Source: Mustelus asterias
Taxonomy: Eukaryota
Reading direction: 5' to 3'
Length of the DNA: 64,000 nucleotides
NCBI RefSeq assembly: GCF_964213995.1
Contig: NC_135825.1
Coordinates: 12,586,001 to 12,650,000, forward strand
The notes under the pieces were generated by a model. That model ran no database searches. It was not told the DNA's origin and worked only from the letters and a program-made list of their open reading frames with translations. The position numbers were made by a program, and so were the translations under genes. Shown here piece after piece: positions 1 to 10,712 of the stretch (position 1 is the first letter of the stretch; the number at the start of each line of letters is the position of its first letter).

Positions 1-536
1 GAAGAACAACAATGAAAGTCACTTTGACATGATTTTTAAAAATTCATTCACAGGATGTGAGCGTCACTGGCTGGTCCAGCATTTATTGCCCAACCCTAAT
101 TGACTTTAACTGAGTGGTTCACTAGGTTATTGCAGAGGACATTTAAGAAACAACCAATTGCTGTGGCTCTGGAGTCAGATAAGGATGGTAGATTTCCCTC
201 CCTAAAGGGCATTTGTGAACCAGATGTTAGTTTTAAATGACAATTGATTCAAGGTCATCATAAGAATTTTAATTCCAGATTTTTGCTCAAATCACCATCT
301 GCTGTGGTGAGATTCGAACGAGAATCCCCAGCGAATTACGTTCAGTCACTGGATTACTAGCCCAGCGACAATACCACTACGCCACTGCAATTGCTTGTTG
401 CTGTGCTGTAAATATCTTTAAACATTTTGCAATACTTCATAACCTGATTTGTAATAATTGATAAATAATTTCCTTCTCAAGCCATCACTCAGGTTAATCA
501 GAAATAAATAAATGTGATTTTTCTTTGTTATTTTAG

Positions 537-848
537 CAGTTGGCAGCATTGGAAGAGAGCATTGTGTATGCAAAGATAAACCACACTCAAAGGAACGCAG
601 CAGGAATGCACAGAGAGGGAAACGCCCCGTTGGATAATGATGAAATCACATATGCAGCAGTGCAGTTTCAGAACAACACGTCTACACGGAGAGGTGAAGT
701 GTCACGTCACTCAATTAACAACCCAGACAGTGTCATCTACAGCGCCGTCAGCATTCCGAGCCAGCCAGCACAGAGAAACCCAGAGACTCCAAGACTGGAC
801 ACTCCACAGGAATCCGAAATGACAATTTATGCTAACTTCACTCATTAG
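537..848 (+). CDS. Terminal coding exon (cytoplasmic tail) of an inhibitory immune receptor whose upstream exons lie outside the window; probably CD300/pIgR-like family
   Basis: Polypyrimidine tract, then tandem acceptor ttttag|cag| (AG 535-536 and 538-539, both phase 0). Open frame to TAG 846-848. Tyrosine motifs IVYAKI (561-578), ITYAAV (645-662), VIYSAV (732-749) fit the ITIM consensus; TIYANF (822-839) is ITSM-like. Family assignment is inferred from the neighbouring gene. Confidence 0.8.
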   Translation, partial: QLAALEESIVYAKINHTQRNAAGMHREGNAPLDNDEITYAAVQFQNNTSTRRGEVSRHSINNPDSVIYSAVSIPSQPAQRNPETPRLDTPQESEMTIYANFTH

Positions 849-1696
849 GAAAACCATTCCTGTTCCACACGTGCTGCCTATTGCTCCTTTCTTTGTGTTT
901 CAGTTCCATTCAATTCCTTCTGCCGTGAGCTGCCCGCATATTTACTTTTGTCCAATTCCTTCTGAAACTTTGGAGTTGTTCCCGGCATTCCCACTCCTCC
1001 TCCCAGTTTGGTATCATCAGCAAATGTAATCAATTCACCTGGAGTTTCTGAGTCCAGGTTAATCAATTCCGTGAGAGTGGTCCCATAACCAAGGCTTGTT
1101 GCACCCCACTCAATAAATCCAAAGATGTGCGGGTTAGGTTGATTGGCAATGCTAAATTGTCCCTTAGACTCAGGAGGATTAGCAGGGTAAATACGTGGGG
1201 TTTGGAGGATAGGGCCTGGGTGGGATAGTTATCGGTGCAAACTTGATAGGCCAAATGGCCTCCTTCTGCACTGTGGGATTCTAGGATCCTATGAATAATC
1301 ACCCCCTCAAAGATCCCTAGCTCCCTTGATAGCACTCTTGCCTCAGATTCATAGGTGCCAAGTTCAAGTTTCATACGAGGGCTTGGTTGCAAAATTTGAA
1401 TGTTGACACTCCACTGCAGTACTCCACTGTTGATGATCCCAGTGGCTGCCTTGCTTTTCACAAAAGTTTTCACTTGAGGGTGAGCTTAAAAATAAAGTTC
1501 ATTCAGTTGGGATAGAATGGGAGAAAAATGGGAGATAGGGTGTTCCCAGTGGTGAGCCAGGCACCCACGAGGGTTACAAATCCTTCAGGATTGGCCTGGA
1601 GTCTCCAGGGATTCAAGATCAATCTCCAGGACACTGTCATCTGCGTCCCTGGAGAAAAATCATTGGGACATTTTCGCTGGAGTTCAGACAAATGAG

Positions 1697-2578
1697 ACAG
1701 GGATCTCATAGAGACTTGTAAAATTCTAACAGGACTAGACAGGGTAGATGCAGGGATGATGTTCCTGATGGCGGGGGAGTCCAGAACCAGGGGTCACAGT
1801 CTGAGAATTTGGGGTAGGACATTTAGGACGGAAGTGAGGAGACATTTCTTCACCCAAAGAGTGGTGAGCCTGTGGAATTCATTACCACAGGAAGTAGTAT
1901 GGAGGGTCTTAGCTATGAGGAGACTGGTATGGAGGGTCTTAGCTATGAGGAGACTGGTATGGAGGGTCTTAGCTATGAGGAGAGATTGGGTAAACTGGGG
2001 TTGTTCTCCCTGGAAAGACGGAGAATGAGGGGAGATCTAATAGAGGTGTACAAGATTATGAAGGGTAGAGATAGGGTGAACAGTGGGAAGCTTTTTCCCA
2101 GGTCGGAGGTGACGATCACGAGGGGTCACGGGCTCAAGGTGAGAGGGGCGAAGTATAACTCAGATATCAGAGGGACGTTTTTTACACAGAGGGTGGTGGG
2201 GGCCTGGAATGCGCTGCCAAGTAGGGTGGTGGAGGCAGGCACGCTGACATCGTTTAAGACTTACCTGGATAGTCACATGAGCAGCCTGGGAATGGAGGGA
2301 TGCAAACGATTGGTCTAGTTGGACCAAGGAGCGGCACAGGCTTGGAGGGCCGAAGGGCCTGTTTCCTGTGCTGTACTGTTCTTTCTTTGTTCTAAAACAT
2401 TGAATGTATTCAAGAGGCGGCTGGATATAGCACTTGGGGCGAATGGGATCAAAGGTTATGGGGAGAAAGCAGGATTAGGCTATTGAGTTGGATGATCAGC
2501 CATGATCGTGATGAATGGGAGAGCAGGCTCGAAGGGCCAAATGGCCTCCTCCTGCTCCTATCTTCCATGTTTCTATGT
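1697..2578 (+). mobile_element. Two nested CR1 LINE 3' fragments (inner ~1897-2392)
   Basis: CR1 ORF2 C-terminal motifs (TRGHSL, FFTQRVV, LFSLERRRMRGDLIEVYKI). The outer copy resumes at ~2393. Confidence 0.85.
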
Positions 2579-3294
2579 AAAATATGTATATTTTTTGAAC
2601 ATTTCTCTTTACCTGATATAAAAATATTGAAAGTAAGGAAAAAGGCTGTTTGGCCAACAGTCAAACATCACCCAATTGGGTAATGAGTCTTGGGTGAGGA
2701 GCACCCAAAGGAAACCCATGCAGACACGGGGAGAATATGCAGACTCCGCACAGACAGTGACCTAAGCCGGGAATCGAACCCAGGTCCCTGCTGTGCTAAC
2801 CACTCTGCCTCCGTGCTGCCTCCCGGGTAGAAGAAGCTATTTAAAAAGACTCTCTTACATCAAAGTCGACATGGTTCATATCTGTGGAAGAAAAGCAGAA
2901 ATGACCGCACAACTTTGTAGAACTGAAAATTAAAATGATCTGCCTCAGCTCTGTTTTCTTTGAGGGTTTTCTTCACATCTGTTGCAATACCAGAAACCAT
3001 TTCTGTCCTACAACTGTGACAACCACACTGATGTATACATTAAAATCGCAAGTTTCTTCATTCTGTATTTCAGTGAGAACAAATGAAACACTCTGTTCCT
3101 CATTAATACTGGGGATCATAGAATCCCTACAGTGCAGAAGGAGGCCATTCAACCCATCGAGTCTGCACCGTCCATTAGCCCACCCAAGCCCTATTCCCCC
3201 AACCTCACATATTTACCCTACTAATCCCCTTGACACTAGGGTCAATTTATCATGGCCAATCAACCTCACCTACACATCTTTGGACTGTGAGAGG

Positions 3295-4846
3295 AATCCT
3301 AGAGTTCTAAAGGAGATAGCTGAAGAAATAGTGGAGGCGTTAGTTATGATCTTTCAAAAGTCACTGGAGTCAGGGAAAGTCCCAGAGGATTGGAAAATCG
3401 CTGTTGTAACCCCACTGTTCAAGAAGGGAACAAGAAAAAAGATGGAAAATTATAGGCCAATTAGCCTAACCTCAGTTGTTGGCAAAATTCTAGAATCCAT
3501 CGTTAAGGATGAGATTTCTAAATTCTTGGAAGTGCAGGGTCGGATTAAGACAAGTCAGCATGGATTTAGTAAGGGGAGGTCGTGCCTGACAAACCTGTTA
3601 GAGTTCTTTGAAGAGATAACAAATAGGTTAGACCAAGGAGAGCCAATGGATGTTATCTATCTTGACTTCCAAAAGGCCTTTGACAAGGTGCCTCACGGGA
3701 GACTGCTGAGTAAAATAAGGGCCCATGGTATTCGAGGCAAGGTACTAACATGGATTGACGATTGGCTGTCAGACAGAAGGCAGAGAGTTGGGATAAAAGG
3801 TTCTTTCTCAGAATGGCAACCGGTGACAAGTGGTGTCCCGCAGGGTTCAGTGTTGGGGCCACAGCTGTTCTCTTTATATATTAATGATCTAGATGACGGG
3901 ACTGGGAGCATTCTGGCCAAGTTTGCCGATGATACAAAGATAGGTGGAGGGGCAGGTAGTATTGAGGAGGTGGGAAGGCTGCAGAAAGATTTAGACAGTT
4001 TAGGAGAGTGGTCCAAGAAGTGGCTGATGAAATTCAACGTGGGCAAGTGCGAGGTCGTACACTTTGGAAAAAAGAATAGAGGCATGGACTATTTTCTAAA
4101 CGGTGACAAAATTCATAATGCTAAAGTGCAAAGGGACTTGGGAGTCCTAGTCCAGGATTCTCTAAAGGTAAACTTGCAGGTTGAGTCCGTAATTAAGAAA
4201 GCAAATGTAATGTTGTCATTTATCTCAAGAGGCTTGGAATACAAAAGCAGGGATGTACTTCTGAGGCTTTATAAAGCACTGGTTAGGCCCCATTTGGAGT
4301 ACTGTGAGCAATTTTGGGCCCCACACCTCAGGAAGGACATACTGGCACTGGAGCGGGTCCAGCGGAGATTCACACGGATGATCCCAGGAATGGTAGGCCT
4401 GACATACGATGAACGTCTGAGGATCGTGGGATTATATTCATTGGAGTTTAGGAGGTTGAGGGGAGATCTGATAGAAACTTACAAGATAATGAACGGCTTA
4501 GATAGGATGGACGTAGGGAAGTTGTTTCCATTAACAGGGGAGACTAGGACGCGGGGGCACAGCCTTAGAATAAAAGGGAGTCACTTTAGAACAGAGATGA
4601 GGAGAAATTTCTTCAGCCAGAGAGTGGTGGGTCTGTGGAATTCATTGCCACAGAGGGCTGTGGAGGCCGAGACGTTGAGCGTCTTCAAGACAGAAATTGA
4701 TAAATTCTTGATTTCTCGAGGAATTAAGGGCTATGGGGAGAGAGCGGGTAAATGGAGTTGAAATCAACCATGATTGAATGGTGGAGTGGACTCGATGGGC
4801 CGAATGGCCTTACTTCCGCTCCTATGTCTTATGGTCTTATGGTCTT
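3295..4846 (+). mobile_element. 5'-truncated CR1 LINE with uninterrupted RT ORF, inserted in an HE1 SINE
   Basis: NYRPISLTS, QHGF, YLDFQKAFDKV, SGVPQGSVLGP, KFADDTK; stop at 4761; (TATGGTCT)n tail. SINE halves at 3117-3294 and 4847-4972. Confidence 0.95.
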
Positions 4847-5140
4847 AAACCGGAGCAAACCCAGGCAGACACAGGGAGAATGTGCAAACTCCACACAGAC
4901 AGTGACCGAGGTCGGAATCGAACCCAGGTCCCTGGCACTGTGAGGCATCAGTGCTATCCACTGTGCCATCCACTGCAAATGATATTTATCATTCAAATGT
5001 GCATTCAAAAACTGAGGTGCTGTAGTCTGTCCACGTATGTAAAATCCAGAATAGGTTTTTGTTATAGTGTCTGAATGTGAGCTGAATGTGAGTCTGTCAC
5101 ATTGTAAAGGAAGCTCGCCTTTGCCTACTTTTACTTTTCA

Positions 5141-5495
5141 GGGAAGGCGATGGCCTAGCGTTGTTATCGCTAGACTACTAATCCAGAAACTCAACTAAAG
5201 TTCTGGGGGACCTGAGTTCGAATCCCACCAGAGCAGATGGTGGAACTTGAATTCAATTTAAAAATCTGGAATTTAGAATCTAATGATGACCATCATTGCC
5301 GGTTGTCGGAAAAACCTCATCTGGTTCATTAATGTCCTTTAGGGAAGGAAATCTCCTGTCCTTACTGGTCTGGCCTACATGTGACTCCAGAGCCACAGCA
5401 ATGTGGTTGACTCTCAACTGTCCTCTATACAAGGGCAACTAGGGATGGGAATAAATGCTGTCCAACTAGAGACAGTCATATCCCACAAATGAAGA
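5141..5495 (+). mobile_element. tRNA-derived SINE, family distinct from HE1
   Basis: A/B-box-like head (tggcctagcgttg...gttcgaatccc). Related copies at ~40-390(-), 30790-31130(-), 33468-33790(+), 53060-53335(-) and 60075-60375(-). Confidence 0.7.
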
Positions 5496-6939
5496 TTTAA
5501 AAAATGATTTAAATGATTTAAAGAATAGTCCTGGGGGTAATAGCGCTCAGCAAGTCTCTTCAATAGCATCATGGAACTCTATCATCTAGAAGAACAAGGA
5601 CAACAGACCTGCTGCACATACCCCAATGTGCAAATCCCTCTCCAGATCACTCATTACTCTGACCTGGATGCACAGTGCTGTTCCTTCACTGTTATTGGGT
5701 GAACAATCTAGAAATAATCCCTAACTCCCTAACATGGACAGCTGGGTTCAAGAAGGTGCTTCATCATCATCTCCTCAGGGGCAATGAGGGATGGACAATA
5801 AATATTGGCCTTGCCAATGATACCCAAATTCCAAGAACGAATAAACTCAGCTTTTGTCGGTTTCAATATCCACGTGTTTTCCGTGTGATACAACCTTAAA
5901 CAAATTCCTAAGCCAGGATTTTCCAGCCCCGCTGTAACGGGACACACCACAGGGAACGTGACAGGCCAGCCAATAGGCGGGACTGGGCGATCGTGACGAC
6001 AGGCGGGTTCGGAAAATCCTACTCCTAGTACTCAAAGGCATTGTATAAAAATTGTACTTGGAGGCAGCTTTGTTGCCACATTAAGATTAAAGCAGATGAT
6101 TGCTGATGCTGGAATCGGAAATATGAGCAGAAAATGCTGCAAAATCTCAGCAGGTCTGACAGCATCTGTGGAGAGTCTGTAGCTCTGATAAAGAGTCCTC
6201 CAGGCTTGAAATGTTTATTCTATTCTCTCTCCACAGATGCTGTCAGCCCTGCTGAGATTTTCTGGCATTTTCTGTTTTTATTTGCTGTGGCACTAAATTC
6301 TGACAGAATAAAGAACTTGCGTTTCTGTAATGCTTGCTTGCATTATTATTCATCCCCTTCTACCTGACCCAGAGAGAAACATTTATAAATGGTTAATACA
6401 ATGACTGGAGCATCCCCTCCATAAGAAAACACTTCTTGAGTGCTGAACGGTCGGTGATTCCCTGTCTGGGTCATGGGGAAATGACTAACCTAAAGGAATG
6501 ACACAGGATAGAGGAGAGGATATTAAGAATGATGGTTTCAACATGTCAGCCTCGGTTCAGTATGTGGCACTCTCATCTCTGAATCAGAAGGTTTGTGTGG
6601 ATGGCACAGCGGTTAATACTGCTGCCTCACAGCTCCAGGGACCTGGGTTCGATCCCCGGCCTGGGTCATTGTCTGTGTGGAGTTTGCACGTTCTCCCCGT
6701 GTCTGCGTGGGTTTCCTCCGGGTGCTCCGGTTTCCTCCCACACTCCAAGGATGTGCGGGTTAGGTTGATTGGCCAGGCTAAATTACCTTTTAGAGTCCCG
6801 GGATGTGTAGGTTAGAGGGATTAGCGGGGGAAATATGTGGGATTGTGGGGTTAGGGCCTGGGGTTGGATTGTTGTCGATACAGACTCAATGGGCCGAATG
6901 GCCTCCTTCTGCACTGTAGGGTTTCAATAATTCTATGAG

Positions 6940-7240
6940 TTCAAGTCACAATCCAGAAAGTTGAGCCCCTACTCCAGCCTGGCAGTACTGAGGGAGTGCT
7001 GCACTGTCGGTAGAAGCCACCTTTTGCTGAAATGAAGCCCTACCTTCCAAGTGGACATAAAAAAAATCCCATCACACTTTTTGAAGAAGTGTTCTCCCTA
7101 AACCAATACTTAAAAAATCCTGATTCTGGTCATTCATTTCATAGTTATTTCTGGGAGATTGCTATGTACAATTTGGCAGCCATTTTTCCTACATTACATC
7201 ACCGGCTGTAAAGCAAGTCGGGACTTCCTGAGGTGGCGAA
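6940..7240 (+). mobile_element. Old Deu-domain SINE (SacSINE1/AmnSINE-like)
   Basis: Contains cagtactgagggagtgctgcactgtc, also at ~32078-32103. The head near 6548-6598 is split off by an HE1 insertion. Confidence 0.55.
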
Positions 7241-8794
7241 CATTATTTTATTTCTCTTTTTCTTCTTTAAAAATATAATACTTGCCCGCGTTTGGTTTTG
7301 AATTTTTTTGCTGAGAAGATTAGACATTTGATGCACAACCGACTGTATAAAAAAAATCCGGTATTAAATTGCTGTACAGATTATAATGCTTACAAAAAGA
7401 TGGCTTTGAGAGATAAAGACATGAATAGTTCAGCGCTACAGTGATGTAGCAAAATGGATCACATGGTTGAACCACAAACTTCCCGTTCAGAGGTTGAAAA
7501 GGATTGAGTCAAGAGGAAATCTCTTTCAACACCCGAGCTGTAGAAGTTGTAAAACATTTTTATTTCTGTTCATCTGGTTACACTGAATGACTATTCAGTA
7601 CACGTGCATCTTTGTCGATGGACATATCTCAGAGTCATGTCCAGTGCTGTACAAATTTATACCGAAAATGGGGGGTTAGCTCTTTAGCTTTGCTGCTGTT
7701 TCAATGGCGTATACACACATCAAAGCTCATGTACTCTCCTCTGATCCTGTGTACCAGAAAGTCCTTCAACCTCCTCATTCATGCTCAAAATCTTACAGTC
7801 TGAGTGGACACTGCAGCAATTATCATCCTGGGCTTAACAGGGGTGAGACAGAGGTCAGGCTGAATATCACTCAGGATTGCTAAAAAATATTATGAAATGG
7901 ACACGCACATCTTTAAAGTTAAAGTTTATTTATTAGTCACAAGTAGGCTTACATTAACACTGCAATGAAGTTACTATGAAAATCCCCTAGTCACCACACT
8001 CTGGCACTTGTTTGGGCGGCATGGTGGCACAGTGGTTAGCACTGCTGCCTCACAAAGCCAGGGACCCAGGTTCAATTCCGGCCTCGGGTCATTGTCCGTC
8101 TTAGAGTTTGCACATTCTCCCCCGTGTCTGCGTGGGTTTCCTCTGGGTGCTCCAATTTCCTCCCACAGTCCAAAAAAGTGTGGGTTAGGTTGATTGGCCA
8201 TGCTAAATTGACCCTAGTGTCAGGGGATTGGCAGGGTAAATATGCGGGGTTGCGGGAGTGGGGCCTGGGTCGGGTTGTGTTCAGTGCAGACCTGATGGGC
8301 CGAATGGCCTCCTTCTGCACTGTAGGGATTCTATGTACACTGATGGAGAATTTAGCATGGCCAATGCACCGAACCAACACATCTTTCGGACTGTGGAAGG
8401 GAATCGGAGCACCCAGAGGAAACCCACACAGACATAGGGAGAACATGCAAGCAGTGACCCAAGCCAGGAATCAAACCCGGGTCCCTGGCACTGTGAGGCA
8501 GCAGTGCTAACCACTGTGCCGCCATGCCGACCTTATCTGCTATCAGATATCATCCAAATATTGTATGAGAGATGTCAGCGATATTGTTTCACTTGATAAC
8601 CAGCTCTACCTCACCACCATCTCTCTCAACCAACACCCCCTGCCTCCCCCTCACCCTCCGACGGCCTCATCACAGTCAATCTGCTTGTCTAACACCCAGT
8701 GCTAAATGAACAGGCATTTCCTCCCACAAAGTGTTGAGACAAACAAAGCTGTTGCTGTTATTTCCGACCACATTTTCCATTCCCTAGCCACTGG

Positions 8795-10171
8795 CTCTAT
8801 CTCACCTTCAACCGATGCTGTACACTAGATACATCGATGACATTTTCTTCCTTTGGACTCATGGTGAACAATCACTGAAACAACTATATGATGACATCAA
8901 CAAGTTCCATCCCACCATCAGACTCACCATGGACTACTCTCCAGAATCGGTTGCATTCTTGGACACGCGCATCTCCATCAAGGACGGTCACCTCAGCACC
9001 TCACTGTACCGCAAGCCCACGGATAACCTCACGATGCTCCACTTCTCCAGCTTCCACCCTAAACACGTTAAAGAAGCCATCCCCTACGGACAAGCCCTCC
9101 GAATACACAGGATCTGCTCGGATGAGGAGGATCGCAACAGACACCTCCAGATGCTGAAAGATGCCCTCATAAGAACAGGGTATGACACTCGACTCATCGA
9201 TCAACAGTTCCGACGCGCCCCAGCGAAAAACCTCAGAAGACAAACATGGGACACGGTCGACAGAGTACCCTTCGTCGTCCAGTACTTCCCCGGAGCGGAG
9301 AAGCTACGACATCTCCTCCGGAGCCTTCAACATGTCATTGACAAAGACAAACATCTCGCCAAGGCCATCCCCACATCCCCACTTCTTGCCTTCAAACAAT
9401 CGCACAACCTCAAACAGACCATTGTCTGCAGCAAACTACCCAGCCTTCAGGAGAACAGTGACCACGACACCACACAACCCTGCCACAGCAACCTCTGCAA
9501 GATGTGCCGGATCATCGACACGGATGCCATCATCTCACGTGAGAACACCATCCACCAGGTACACGGTACATACTCTTGCAACTCGGCCAATGTTGTCTAC
9601 CTGATACGCTGCAGGAAAGGATGTCCCAAGGCATAGTCCATTGGGGAGACCATGCAGACGCTACGACAACAGATGAATGAACACCGCTCGACAATCACCA
9701 GGCAAGAGTGTTCTCTTCCTGTTGGGGAACACTTCAGCGGTCGCGGGCATTCGGCCTCTGATATTCGGGTAAGCGTTCTCCAAGGCGGCCTTCACAACAC
9801 ACGACAGTGCAGAGTCGCTGAGCAGAGACTGATAGCCAGGTTCCGCACACATGAGGACGGCCTCAACCGGGATCTTGGGATCATGTCACACTATCTGTAA
9901 CCCCCACGACTTGTCTGGACTTGCAAAATCTCACTAACTGTCCTGTCTGGAGACAATACACATTTCTTTAACCTGTGCTTAATGCTCTCTCCACTCAAAT
10001 TGTCTGTACCTTTAAGACTTGATTAGCTGTAAAGACTCGCATTCCAATCATTATTCTGTAAATTGAGTTTGTGTCTTTATATGCCCTGTTTGCTGTTTGT
10101 GAACAGGTCTCCCACTCACCTGACGAAGGAGCAGCGCTCCGAAAGCTAGTGGCGTTTGCTACCAAATAAAC
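8795..10171 (+). mobile_element. Penelope-like element, 5'-truncated (RT C-terminal part + GIY-YIG endonuclease + 3' pLTR)
   Basis: RYIDDIF, LYRKPTD, CKMC, SANVVYLIRC...(*)SIGET...EH GIY-YIG, and GLN ending; one stop at 9634-9636. 8-bp TSD gccactgg (8787-8794 / 10172-10179). Confidence 0.92.
10116..10152 (+). ncRNA. Minimal type I hammerhead ribozyme in the Penelope 3' region
   Basis: UCAC-CUGACGA-A-GGAGC-AGC-GCUCC-GAA-AGCU-A-GUGG: conserved core, stem II, palindromic AGCU stem III, short stem I. Confidence 0.75.
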
Positions 10172-10712
10172 GCCACTGGAAACTGTTTTCCATTCGCAAT
10201 AACATCCATTGACCCTTTGTTTCCTGCCACTGAACCAATTTTATATCCAACTTGTCCTTTTCCCCTGTATTCCAGGAGATCTCACTTTTCTGACCAGTTT
10301 GCCATCTGGGACTTTGTCAGATGTCTTACTGAAATCCATGTGGACAATATCGAATGCATTACCTTCATCTTTGTTACTTCCACAAAGCACAACATTCCCC
10401 TAACAAAACCATGTTGACTATCCCTGATCAATCTGTGTCTTTCTAAATGACAGTTTATCCTGTCTCTCAGAATTGTTTCCAATAATTTGCCCACCACCAA
10501 AGTCAAGCTGATTGGCTATAGGTTTCTAGCCTATCCTCACACCCTTTCAAAATCATGGCACAATATCCGCAGACCTCCAATCCTCTGGGACTTGCCTGTC
10601 TCTAGTAAGGATTGGAAAATGATTCTCGGAGCATCCATTGTTTCCTTCCTGGCTTCGTTCACCAGCTTGGGATACAATCCATCTGGCCCTTGCTATTTAT
10701 CTACCTTCAAGA
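10172..10712 (-). mobile_element. Degenerate CR1 RT fragment
   Basis: VVGKLLETILRDRI...SQHGFVRG on the minus strand. Confidence 0.8.

Noticed and set aside
1897-1984. CRISPR-like 30-bp repeats
   Set aside because: No spacers, eukaryotic context, and the unit is CR1 coding sequence.
2935-4761. 608-aa ORF as a host gene or novel fusion
   Set aside because: The N-terminus is chance read-through of unique DNA and an antisense HE1 SINE into a truncated CR1 RT.
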